DNA of 39,918 nucleotides from a virus: the UHGV virus genome UHGV-0076060; one strand, given 5' to 3'. The notes beneath the pieces are model-generated. The model was not told where the DNA came from. It made no database searches and was given only the letters and a program-made list of their open reading frames with translations. Below are positions 8,252-17,268 of this stretch, piece by piece. Within the stretch, counting starts at the first letter, position 1. Each line of letters begins with the position of its first letter. Made by a program: the position numbers and the translations under genes.

Positions 8252-8947
8252 ATGACAGCTACAAAAAGCACGTCCATTTTTTCTTTCGAATCCCAAGCCG
8301 ATATACGAGTAATCGTCATTAATGGTGAGCCATGGTTTATCGCTTCAGATGTTTGTCGGGCTATAGGCATAGCAAACCATCGAGATGCTGTTCGAAAACT
8401 TGATGATGATGAGAAGGGCGTCGCTTCAACCGACACCCCTGGCGGTGAGCAAGAATCGATCATCATCTCCGAGTCAGGCCTCTACACACTGATCCTCCGC
8501 TGCCGCGACGCAGTGACACCAGGCACTATCCCCTACCGCTTTCGTAAATGGGTTACAGGTGAGGTTCTTCCTCAGATCCGCCGCACCGGAAGTTACATTA
8601 AAAACTCGCTCCCGCAGGAAGAACGCATAAAGATGGTTGCCGACCAGGTTGCAAACGCCACAGCATCAGCAGTGATGCAGGCGATGAAGATAGAGAACAA
8701 AACCTACAGTGCCCCACTGAAGCCCGGCTACCGTAGCCTGATTCATTCGCCGTCTGGTGTTCTCGGCCTGACGGAGAACTCACTGCTGATGAATCTGCTG
8801 AACCAGTTACAGGAAGACGGGCACGATGTATCGGGAGCGGCGGCGGAGCTGACCACCATGTTCTGCTACATCGTCGGTGTGAGCAAATGCCTGCGTGATA
8901 TCCAGACCCACGCGGAGTACATCAACGACAAGGCAGGGTTCTTCTGA
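8252..8947 (+). CDS. Bro-N domain protein, antirepressor-like (231 aa)
   Basis: N-terminal Bro-N/KilA-N-like sequence (FESQADIRVIVINGEPWFIASDVCRAIG...FRKWVTGEVLPQIRRTG); C-terminal domain homologous to the 85-aa protein at 6846..7103. Confidence 0.75.
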   Translation: MTATKSTSIFSFESQADIRVIVINGEPWFIASDVCRAIGIANHRDAVRKLDDDEKGVASTDTPGGEQESIIISESGLYTLILRCRDAVTPGTIPYRFRKWVTGEVLPQIRRTGSYIKNSLPQEERIKMVADQVANATASAVMQAMKIENKTYSAPLKPGYRSLIHSPSGVLGLTENSLLMNLLNQLQEDGHDVSGAAAELTTMFCYIVGVSKCLRDIQTHAEYINDKAGFF

Positions 8948-9116
8948 CGGGCGGCGGCACAGGGATGTGCCTTTAAATAATTCTGTACAGATTGCAGGTG
9001 AATAGCTTACTATTACCTCACGGGTGATCCATAGCGATTAGGCACCGATACAGGAGGAGCCCACATGAGAAAATTTGACGAGTACGAAGGCGTTTAACAT
9101 TCGGATAGTTTAATGA

Positions 9117-9140
9117 CGGGGCCATTAGGCCCCGTTTTCA
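9117..9140 (+). terminator. intrinsic terminator / attenuator-like hairpin upstream of 9157 gene
   Basis: CGGGGCC-atta-GGCCCCG followed by TTTTCA; preceded by a 10-codon ORF with AGGAGG RBS (9065..9097). Confidence 0.5.
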
Positions 9141-9156
9141 TGTCTGGAGACAGTTT

Positions 9157-9696
9157 GTGTTAAGTGAAGAAATGCAATTTGCCATGGCTGTGGCTCAAAT
9201 CGTAAGTGCAGTCGCGGTTTCGCTTGGCTTGTTCATAGCTATCGCTACTATTATTTATAATGTAAATACAGCGAGAAAAGTACACACTTCAGTATTCCTT
9301 GGTGAAAGCAGGTTTGATGTAGATTATAAGAAAGGCCTATCTACTATGCGCCGCATTCACGAATCGAACAAATCATTCCGCTCTTATATGTATCCAAGCA
9401 ATGGACAGGCTGATCTTACGGATGAAGAAAAGACAGAGAAGAGAGAAATAATTTACTGTCTAGGTTTCTACGAACGCATGGCTGTGAGCGTGAAGCGGAA
9501 AACTTATGATGAGACAATGATTAAGGAAGTATTTTACAGCTCCGTTGTAAATAACTATCAGATTGCGCTACCTCTTATACAAGCCATTAGAGAAAAAGAA
9601 AACATAAACACATATTTTAAAGAATATGAATGGTTGGCCACACGATGGAAGGATTGTCCATTGAAGGATAAATCCCCGTGGTACAAGTTTTGGTAA
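9157..9696 (+). CDS. N-terminally membrane-anchored protein of unknown function (179 aa), AT-rich moron
   Basis: GTG start with GGAGA RBS (alternative ATG at 9172); one N-terminal TM helix; low GC; flanked by terminators. Confidence 0.6.
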   Translation: MLSEEMQFAMAVAQIVSAVAVSLGLFIAIATIIYNVNTARKVHTSVFLGESRFDVDYKKGLSTMRRIHESNKSFRSYMYPSNGQADLTDEEKTEKREIIYCLGFYERMAVSVKRKTYDETMIKEVFYSSVVNNYQIALPLIQAIREKENINTYFKEYEWLATRWKDCPLKDKSPWYKFW

Positions 9697-9722
9697 GCCC
9701 GCGCTGCGGGCTTTTTTGTGGA
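9697..9722 (+). terminator. intrinsic terminator
   Basis: GCCCGC-gct-GCGGGC followed by TTTTTTGT immediately after the stop codon. Confidence 0.7.
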
Positions 9723-9789
9723 CGAAACAAAAGTCAGTGCTACACTCATTGACGCCACATTGAGGTGGCTTATAGATGGAAATTTCACA

Positions 9790-9951
9790 ATGAAAAAAGC
9801 ATTTGCTGCACTGTTCGTTTTGTTGTCTCTGGTAGCTTCAACTCAGGCCTTTGCCGGTCGTTGTCAGCACGACAGCGATACTGCCGCTGACGGCTCCCGC
9901 TGCGGTGGGCGTTCTGCGGATTCCCGCCCGGGTGGCGGTGGCATTCGTTAA
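9790..9951 (+). CDS. small secreted peptide (53 aa precursor, about 31 aa mature, 2 Cys, Gly-rich)
   Basis: ATG at 9790 gives MKKAFAALFVLLSLVASTQAFA signal peptide then GRCQHDSDTAADGSRCGGRSADSRPGGGGIR; own promoter-like TTGACG upstream; weak RBS. Confidence 0.45.
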   Translation: MKKAFAALFVLLSLVASTQAFAGRCQHDSDTAADGSRCGGRSADSRPGGGGIR

Positions 9952-9957
9952 AAACAA

Positions 9958-9973
9958 GGCCGCGAAAGCGGCC
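9958..9973. terminator. GC hairpin with GAAA loop; terminator for minus-strand gene 9983..10339
   Basis: GGCCGC-gaaa-GCGGCC; on the minus strand followed by TTGTTTTTA. Confidence 0.6.
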
Positions 9974-9974
9974 T

Positions 9975-9986
9975 GTGACATGTCAC
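9975..9986. repeat. 12-bp perfect palindrome GTGACATGTCAC (copy 1 of 3)
   Basis: Exact 12-mer also at 27581..27592 and 29846..29857; overlaps stop codon of the minus-strand gene. Confidence 0.7.
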
Positions 9987-10339
9987 GTCCCTTTTCTGAA
10001 TGATAGCCATTCGAAAAATGATGACATTCCACCGCAGACAATAGCAAAGATGATCCCACCAAAGAAGAGAAGGCCAGCCTGCCACCACTCCCACCGCCAT
10101 ACATCCACAGCGCCAACCATACCAACAATCGCTCCAACAAATGGAATATAGCTCACGATGAAAGCAATGGGGGCTGCAATTATCCAGTGCAATCCCCACC
10201 ATGATTCAAGCCCAGCCATAATTGCTGCCAACTGAAAAAGACCAACGACGATATAAACAATGAATCCTATAGCTTGCATGTAGTCACCTAATTTACCCAG
10301 TAAAAATAAGAGGCCTCCCCTCAATAAGGCTTGCAACAA
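9983..10339 (-). CDS. small polytopic membrane protein (98-118 aa)
   Basis: Hydrophobic throughout (3-4 TM); TTG start at 10339 with AGGGAG RBS or ATG at 10279; Trp-rich (WRWEWWQ). Confidence 0.55.
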   Translation of the reverse strand: MLQALLRGGLLFLLGKLGDYMQAIGFIVYIVVGLFQLAAIMAGLESWWGLHWIIAAPIAFIVSYIPFVGAIVGMVGAVDVWRWEWWQAGLLFFGGIIFAIVCGGMSSFFEWLSFRKGT

Positions 10340-10475
10340 GAACTACTCCCTGCACAACAAAGATGAACCAGCAAATAGCTTGAGTCTGAGGGTTAAGAAA
10401 ATATTTGTAGCGGTCAATAAATAACAATCCACCAGAAATTATCACACTCAAAATAATTAAAAACACAACACTTCC

Positions 10476-12950
10476 TTATTGCGGAGTGACATCCTGTGGT
10501 CGCCACCAGTATGTCTGGTTAAACTCTTTCTTCGAACGTTGCTCCATTTTACGCAAATAACCTGGTGAAAAATACTCCTGCATCTGGTTAAAGATCATGT
10601 GATCGAGAGCCGCCTTTAAGTACCAGAGATTCGCACCTGGCATCAGACCTTTCCCCAGCTTAACCAGATCACCACCAGTCTGCTCATTCTTCCCTTCCAC
10701 AGCATTTAACGGTATGCCCTGAGCAATCTTCACTACGTCATCAACCAGACCAGCTACCGGGCCAAGCATCGACGCCAGCGCGCCGCTTCCGTACCTAGTG
10801 TGATCTGACAATAAAAAGTCACCGTAAAGGCCAAGACCACCACCTTTCAGTAGAGCACCAAGCCAAAATTTAGCAGCATCTTCTCCTGTCATCTCGCGAG
10901 GATTACGACCAGACGCAAGGTCGTTAAGTTGCTGCGACAAAGCGCCAAGAATGGTCGTACTGGCAATAAACGTCGCAATATATGCCGCACGCCCACCAGC
11001 CGACGGCATACCCATAGCGCGTGACCAGTGACGCATAACCACCGAGATAGGGAACGATTTAAACAGGAAAACACTTCTCGTTAATTCACCTTTCCATGTT
11101 CCACGCTGAATACCAGAACCGGTTATCAGTTGCTCACGTGCACCCGGTGTAATAACAGCCATATCAACTTCTTCAGTTACGGCACCGAGCAGTTTACGCA
11201 TTGCCTCAAATTTCACGCGTTCAGGCTCACCAAGATGTTTAACTGCTGAATCAGGGATACGCATAATGCTTTCCGGTGTCAGCATCGTATTATTACCGTT
11301 CCCCCAGTCCTCCTGTTGCGCCAGCTTCCATACGCTCCAGTCTGTGTCAGTAATCCCTTTGCTTTTCAGGATACGAAAATCAGAGTCATCGAGGCTACGA
11401 AGGTCTGGTGTCCGTGACACTACTTCTCCCAGGCTTCCCATCATGGTTACGCCATAGGCGCGCTTGTGCGCATCTGACCATGCTGTAAGCCCACTGGCAC
11501 GCATTACCGCCGTTGCCGCCCAACGAGACACAGACGGCCCCATATTATCCATCGCCCAGCGGTTAACACTGCCAAGTAGAGATTCCATCGCCAGACCAGC
11601 GCGGCGCGCCCGCGCAAGCTCAGTACGGTTCGTTGGGTCCATAGCTTCAAGCTGGTTGCGGAATAACTGGTTCATTGGAAGGTTGGTAACCTTCGCAGAC
11701 AGATACATGGTTCCAAGATCAGAGAACGATGACAGCAACGCGGATCCGAGTCTGCTGGCAACCAGCCAGTTGCGGATATTGTCAGACCATCGCGCGATGT
11801 GCGGATTCGCTACAGGCTGTGTCTTTCCGGAAATAAAGTTGTACAGATTCTCTGTGTTGTTCGCCAGCCGCTCGACTTTACCGGTTTTACTCGGGTTAGC
11901 TGTTGCCGTTTCTGCCTTCACCTGATCAAGAAGAGAGCGGAAAACATGATCGGGGTTTGGGCCATATGTTTCCACCAGTGCAATATCTTTACTGATACCT
12001 TCCAGGTGACCGACCATGATTTCCCATAGAGAGCGATCGCCATAAAGTTGCTGATATTGCAGATAGGAATCTGCATCTTTGAAATGTATCTGTCGTGATG
12101 CATTACCACGGTTAGCACGTGCTCCGGAAATTCGCATTCCGGTGTCAGTAAGCTTATTCAGCCCACCAGTAGCGATCGTGTTATAAGCCTCTCCAAGAAA
12201 TGCAGACAACTCGGCATCGTTCATCAGTTGTCCATCGGCTCGGGTATAATATTTGCGATCCAGCTTACCTATAACATCGCTAACCCATTTATCTTTTGAT
12301 ACCGCCCCAACCTTTTCCATAGAATGATGTTGAGGGATCCCCCAGTTTTCGAGATAGCCAATGTCCCCACCAGCATCATTAAACCGGCGGCGAAGTAGAT
12401 CTGTCACTTCTCTCCACGCCTTAGCACCTTTTCTTGCTTTAGCATTGCCAGTATTTTGCCCTCGCATTTCATATACCAGGTCACGCACGCCCGCTTCATC
12501 TTCAAACAGGCCAAAAAAGCGAGGATCAACTGCTTCAAATGCCTCCTGCAATTGACTCAATGCATAATCACGGGTGGCTTTTGTTCTGGATTCAACAGAG
12601 AGGAAATTCGATTTACCGTCTGCATTAAAAGCAATAGTACGGTTAAGAGCGCCAAGTTTCCCATCAGCCCCTTGATAGCTATTGATAAATTTATCCAATC
12701 TCTGACGTGCGGCTATAGTGAGGGCCACACGACGTTTCTTTAATGCCGCTTCTCGCTGTAATTCTTCAGATGCCAATTGTGCTGCACGATATAGCCGCTC
12801 TGATTCGGAAAGTTGTCTCCACGACATCGGGTCATCACGAGCAATGGAGCGCATATTTCGATAAATGCGGTCTTCAATGTTCTGTATTTCTCGCGCCGTT
12901 AACGTGCGCTGCGCCGCCTGCTGGACCGCTTGTATACATTCCTGTCTCAT
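10476..12950 (-). CDS. internal virion / DNA-ejection protein (824 aa)
   Basis: Large ORF in the run of internal-core genes between tail-tube genes and tailspike; position equivalent to T7 gp15/gp16. Confidence 0.6.
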   Translation of the reverse strand: MRQECIQAVQQAAQRTLTAREIQNIEDRIYRNMRSIARDDPMSWRQLSESERLYRAAQLASEELQREAALKKRRVALTIAARQRLDKFINSYQGADGKLGALNRTIAFNADGKSNFLSVESRTKATRDYALSQLQEAFEAVDPRFFGLFEDEAGVRDLVYEMRGQNTGNAKARKGAKAWREVTDLLRRRFNDAGGDIGYLENWGIPQHHSMEKVGAVSKDKWVSDVIGKLDRKYYTRADGQLMNDAELSAFLGEAYNTIATGGLNKLTDTGMRISGARANRGNASRQIHFKDADSYLQYQQLYGDRSLWEIMVGHLEGISKDIALVETYGPNPDHVFRSLLDQVKAETATANPSKTGKVERLANNTENLYNFISGKTQPVANPHIARWSDNIRNWLVASRLGSALLSSFSDLGTMYLSAKVTNLPMNQLFRNQLEAMDPTNRTELARARRAGLAMESLLGSVNRWAMDNMGPSVSRWAATAVMRASGLTAWSDAHKRAYGVTMMGSLGEVVSRTPDLRSLDDSDFRILKSKGITDTDWSVWKLAQQEDWGNGNNTMLTPESIMRIPDSAVKHLGEPERVKFEAMRKLLGAVTEEVDMAVITPGAREQLITGSGIQRGTWKGELTRSVFLFKSFPISVVMRHWSRAMGMPSAGGRAAYIATFIASTTILGALSQQLNDLASGRNPREMTGEDAAKFWLGALLKGGGLGLYGDFLLSDHTRYGSGALASMLGPVAGLVDDVVKIAQGIPLNAVEGKNEQTGGDLVKLGKGLMPGANLWYLKAALDHMIFNQMQEYFSPGYLRKMEQRSKKEFNQTYWWRPQDVTPQ

Positions 12951-12955
12951 TTAAT

Positions 12956-14758
12956 TTAACCTCTCAAGAAACACGCCACAGCGACATCAAACAGGCTGGA
13001 ATCCTGTATTGCCTGCTCACTTTCCCTGTTCGCTTCATCCAGTACTTCACGCGCGCTGCGCGATTGTGGATTACCATCATCATCCAGCACGGTGATTATC
13101 ATGTCAGGTGATTCAAGCAGCGAGTCTTCAGCTATGCGCAGATCAATATCTCCTGCCTGATCCGCCATCATTTTTTGTTCTGCCTGTTGCAATATTTTAT
13201 CAGGCTCAAAAGGAGCTACTTCGTCTGGCGTCCTGACCTCTGCTGTTTTATAGAATGAAACAGCCTGAGCATTAAGTTCACTTTCTGCCTGCTGTCTCCG
13301 AGCCAGTTCTGCTCGAGCTTCAAAAAACTGACCTCCAGGCTCGTGCGGTGCCAACGCGTTACGGGAAAATTCCAGGCGTTCTTGTGCCTGCCGGATTCGT
13401 TGATCAATATCGCGAAGTCTGGCCTGTTTATCTGATCGAGCACGAGATAAAGCCTTACCGCTACCGGTTGGCTCTTCTGCAAGAATTTGTGCGCGCTGTT
13501 CAGTGAGATTTTCAATAATTCGTTGGCTATTAGCGATTTCAGACTGGTAAACCTGTCTATCGCCACGCGGCAAAAGCTGCGCGGCCTGTTCTTCAAGCAA
13601 CCGATTTTCTATAGCGCGCGCCGTTACTCCATCATCTACAGATGACAGAGCCTCATTAACTGCCTGAGACAGCAGACTCTTGCGCCCAGGAATTTCACTG
13701 AAAGATGCAGACTCAACAATGCTGGCAACGTCTACAGGTCTCCCCTGGCTAACATCAGACATGGCTTTTCGCAGAGCCTGAATGTGAGAATTGCGCGAAA
13801 GCACGTTGATCGGGACGCCGGGAGCAATATCAATTTCAGCATGATGAGCGGCATTCGCCGCCAGTGCAGCATCGACATCAACTGGTGAAAAATTTGGTGC
13901 GCTTGTAGACTCGCCGCGAGAGTTAATAAATCTGCCGACACCACCAAACGCCACCCCAAGAACAGCATCAATAGCAATTGCCTGTCGATCCAACACATCA
14001 TACTGGTTAGCCATTTCGCTATAGCCACCATCACGAAGCGTTTTTGCAGTAAGCCCACGCTGTGCCATACCGAACGCAATATTTGTACCTGCGGCATAGG
14101 CAATATCTGGCGTTGCACGTACTGCTGTTGCTGCGGCGCGTCGCACTGAACTTTCACCCGTCCGCGCAAGCTGAGCCGCCACACCTTCCGCCAGCGCACC
14201 ACCAGCACGTAACCCGAGGCTCATAGGGATCAGTGTTCCGGCACCAGCAGTAATACCCTGCACTAATCCCGCTTCCTGCGCCGTCCTGAAATCAACACCC
14301 TGTGCTGTCAGCCGTTCAAACTCAGAAAAACCCTGTAGCGAAGTTACCGCCGCAGCACCTCCGACCGGACCACCGAGCGTTGTACCGATAACAGCCTGCC
14401 CGCCCATATCGAACAACCCATAAAGAACCTGCCCGGCGGTTCCGGTTGTCGCGGCATCAGGCGTCAGCCGCTTAACCTGCTGCTCTGCTAGTTTTCTCTG
14501 CTCGGCAATGTATGAAACTGAAGTGTCATTGAGCGAGGTGTTTTCGTTAACAAACTGAGCAATCGGGGATACGATTTTATCCATCCCTGCCCAGAGCAAC
14601 TGATCTGGCTTTGCCACCAGCCCGGAGTACAAACCAGACAATGCCGCTCCTACAGCATTGTCGAAAAAACCAACATCGCTGTTAAAGCCAGCTGGATTTG
14701 ATGCTGCTTCGTCAAGCTGCTGATTCTGGTTTACTGGATTAAGGCCAAAGTAACTCAT
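12956..14758 (-). CDS. internal virion / ejection protein (600 aa), Gly/Ala-rich
   Basis: Large ORF, Gly/Ala-rich central segment typical of internal core proteins; operon context. Confidence 0.55.
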   Translation of the reverse strand: MSYFGLNPVNQNQQLDEAASNPAGFNSDVGFFDNAVGAALSGLYSGLVAKPDQLLWAGMDKIVSPIAQFVNENTSLNDTSVSYIAEQRKLAEQQVKRLTPDAATTGTAGQVLYGLFDMGGQAVIGTTLGGPVGGAAAVTSLQGFSEFERLTAQGVDFRTAQEAGLVQGITAGAGTLIPMSLGLRAGGALAEGVAAQLARTGESSVRRAAATAVRATPDIAYAAGTNIAFGMAQRGLTAKTLRDGGYSEMANQYDVLDRQAIAIDAVLGVAFGGVGRFINSRGESTSAPNFSPVDVDAALAANAAHHAEIDIAPGVPINVLSRNSHIQALRKAMSDVSQGRPVDVASIVESASFSEIPGRKSLLSQAVNEALSSVDDGVTARAIENRLLEEQAAQLLPRGDRQVYQSEIANSQRIIENLTEQRAQILAEEPTGSGKALSRARSDKQARLRDIDQRIRQAQERLEFSRNALAPHEPGGQFFEARAELARRQQAESELNAQAVSFYKTAEVRTPDEVAPFEPDKILQQAEQKMMADQAGDIDLRIAEDSLLESPDMIITVLDDDGNPQSRSAREVLDEANRESEQAIQDSSLFDVAVACFLRG

Positions 14759-17268
14759 TGCGGAATATCTCCGGAGAATCTCTGACGCTTCTGTGTCAGA
14801 TCAAGAACAACGGGAGAACCATCATCTTTTAGCAGATAACCAGTACCAAGTTTCACCAGGTACTGACTATCGCCGTAACTTTGCAAACCATACTGACCAG
14901 GCGGTGTTTTTATCCCTGTGCCAACAACTTGTTCATTCCAAGCCTGATTAACCTGCTTATCGAATTGCTCTGCAGACATTCCCCACGGCAAAAGAACATT
15001 CCCCATTCCGTTATAGTCATGCACGCCACCTGTAGCTACGTTAACAGCCTGTTTCCAGATATCATTGTCAATTTCGCCTGATACCACGCCTTTTTTCGCC
15101 ATCACACCGGCGTAATAGTCCTTTGCGATCTCGTATGCCATTGATGCCCCCTGAGCATCACCAGCAAATGCATCCTTCACCATGTCAGAAAACTCAAGGC
15201 GGAGATCAGCATCTTTAGGCATCGGAATACCTTTCGCGTCATCAGTACCTTTACGAGCCGCCGCGCCAGCAAGAATTGTCTGCGCAGCGGTTTCAGGAGA
15301 CACGGAAACATCCGGATTAAACCAGTTTTTTTCTGCCAAAATACCACCTGGCTTATCCATCAGTATCCCGGCAACGGCAGCAGATGGAGCGTTGGCACTG
15401 ATCTGCTGTAGTGCTGACATATACACCTGCCCACCACCAGTGCTCTGCCTGATGGTATCGAGATATGCTGCCTGTTGGGAAACGGGCGCATCACGAAAGA
15501 AAACACCGATCTGATTGGCCTCGTCTTTGGAAAAGAACGTCAGTGGAGTGCCATATGACTTAGCAAGGTCACTGACCTGAGCAGCACGCAAGGCAACGCT
15601 CTGTCCAAAGTTATCCTTATTGCTCATGTCGATAGGCTTTGCCTGTCCGGCGGCAAGAGAGAACTGTACAGGATCAGCCTGTCGCTGCTTTATCACCTGA
15701 CTTGCAGCCGACACAACGTTGTCATAAAGAGCGGCTCGTGCCGCATAACCCTCCCCTGTCTCACCAGTATCCGGGCGTAATTGCTCAACATATGCTGTAA
15801 TGCTGCTTGTCGGCATGTTGCGGAAAGAGCCTATATACTGTCCGGCGATTTGCGTATTTCTGAACTCGGTATATCGCAGGTTTCCTTCTCTTACTCCATA
15901 AGCTGCAATAAAATCAGCCTCACCAGGTGGGTTAGGAAATTCAACGCCACGCATATACGCAGCTGTCGCATCGCGAACCTGGCTGTCAATCATCGTTTTA
16001 TATTCAGCCTGCTGCTGCCGACGCAGTTGATCCGCCTGTCGCATAAAACTTGCCTGCGCCTCAGGAGATGCCGCATCGAATGCTGCATTACCGGTATAGC
16101 GTTTGGTGTTGGTTGGAATTGTTGATAAACCAAGTGCTGCACTGACACCAGCAGTTAACTGCTGATCACTGTATGGCTGGCTACCGTTCTCATGATGGAT
16201 AATGGCTGCACAAAGCGCCTTCAGGGTATCAGGATTAGATGCATCGAGAGGCTCATCAGCAGAAACGCCAAGTTGTTCGCACACTGCTTTGATATACGAC
16301 ATAGTGTCATTTTTATCAGCAGGCGGTGCCCAGCGATTAATTATCTCGCTGACGGTATCAATACCCTGCCTCTGATACGACATCAGGTTCCGCCCTAATG
16401 CACGAATCCCGTGTTCAGGTGTTTCGAATTTAGCAAATCGACCATCATCACCGGTCTGGCCTACCCACGGATTAGTTTTGCTGTATTCGAGATTTCCTGG
16501 GTTATTGTTGCGTATGCCACGGGCACGCTCGGAAGAGTCACTATCTGCTACAGCACGGCGAGCTCCAGCAGCAGTATCACTTAACTCGCCATTACTTTGG
16601 ATGAATGCGGTCGCATTGTTTGCCGACCACTGGGACAATGCAGCATCAGCAACCTTCTCTTTAAACTCGATTTTCTTGGCCTGGATTTGCTCGTCACTCC
16701 AGCCATGTGCAATGCCGTAATCCTCAATTTGCTGGAAAGTTTGCTTATTAGCCAATACGTATGCGGCGTTGTCGCCATACAATGCTGCGGCATTTTTACC
16801 ATTGTTCAGCAGCGTAGCCTGAAACTGGCCTTCTTCGTAGGCATTTATTTGCCCTATCTCGTGCCGCCCTGCCTGCGTAGTGAACTGAATGCGCTGCTGC
16901 TGCGCCTGCTGCATGAAAGCATTACGAGCCTGTTCATCCGGCAGCGACATAGCCAGTTGTTCGACCTGAGCATCAAACTGCTGCGTATACTCCTGACCTT
17001 TTCCAATAGCATTTTTCCCTTTCAGGTTAAGCAATCCTGTTTCAGGATTATTCAGCAGATCACTGCTTATCTGACTGAGGTTAAGAGATGCCTCCTGAGC
17101 CAGAGCGATATTGGCACGCTGTTTTGCCTGCCCCAAAACATCAATTGCCTCTGTCCCTGCCCGAACAAAAGCATCACCAATACCTTGCTGAGAAAACGTC
17201 TGCAAGCCTGCTGACTGAACTCCACGACTCTCAACCTGACGTCCGGATACTGTTGGTACGACTGGCAT
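14755..17268 (-). CDS. internal virion protein with putative peptidoglycan-hydrolase domain (about 837 aa)
   Basis: Start at MPVVPT with GGAGG RBS, overlapping the upstream stop; internal motif RGIRNNNPGNLEYS...FAKFETPEHGIRA suggests a virion-associated muralytic domain. Confidence 0.6.
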   Translation of the reverse strand: MPVVPTVSGRQVESRGVQSAGLQTFSQQGIGDAFVRAGTEAIDVLGQAKQRANIALAQEASLNLSQISSDLLNNPETGLLNLKGKNAIGKGQEYTQQFDAQVEQLAMSLPDEQARNAFMQQAQQQRIQFTTQAGRHEIGQINAYEEGQFQATLLNNGKNAAALYGDNAAYVLANKQTFQQIEDYGIAHGWSDEQIQAKKIEFKEKVADAALSQWSANNATAFIQSNGELSDTAAGARRAVADSDSSERARGIRNNNPGNLEYSKTNPWVGQTGDDGRFAKFETPEHGIRALGRNLMSYQRQGIDTVSEIINRWAPPADKNDTMSYIKAVCEQLGVSADEPLDASNPDTLKALCAAIIHHENGSQPYSDQQLTAGVSAALGLSTIPTNTKRYTGNAAFDAASPEAQASFMRQADQLRRQQQAEYKTMIDSQVRDATAAYMRGVEFPNPPGEADFIAAYGVREGNLRYTEFRNTQIAGQYIGSFRNMPTSSITAYVEQLRPDTGETGEGYAARAALYDNVVSAASQVIKQRQADPVQFSLAAGQAKPIDMSNKDNFGQSVALRAAQVSDLAKSYGTPLTFFSKDEANQIGVFFRDAPVSQQAAYLDTIRQSTGGGQVYMSALQQISANAPSAAVAGILMDKPGGILAEKNWFNPDVSVSPETAAQTILAGAAARKGTDDAKGIPMPKDADLRLEFSDMVKDAFAGDAQGASMAYEIAKDYYAGVMAKKGVVSGEIDNDIWKQAVNVATGGVHDYNGMGNVLLPWGMSAEQFDKQVNQAWNEQVVGTGIKTPPGQYGLQSYGDSQYLVKLGTGYLLKDDGSPVVLDLTQKRQRFSGDIPQ

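Noticed and set aside
12956-14758. Tape-measure protein call for the Gly/Ala-rich 600-aa protein
   Set aside because: The module is podovirus-like (tail-tube A/B homologues, no tail tube or sheath genes), so a long-tail tape measure is unlikely; called an internal virion protein instead.
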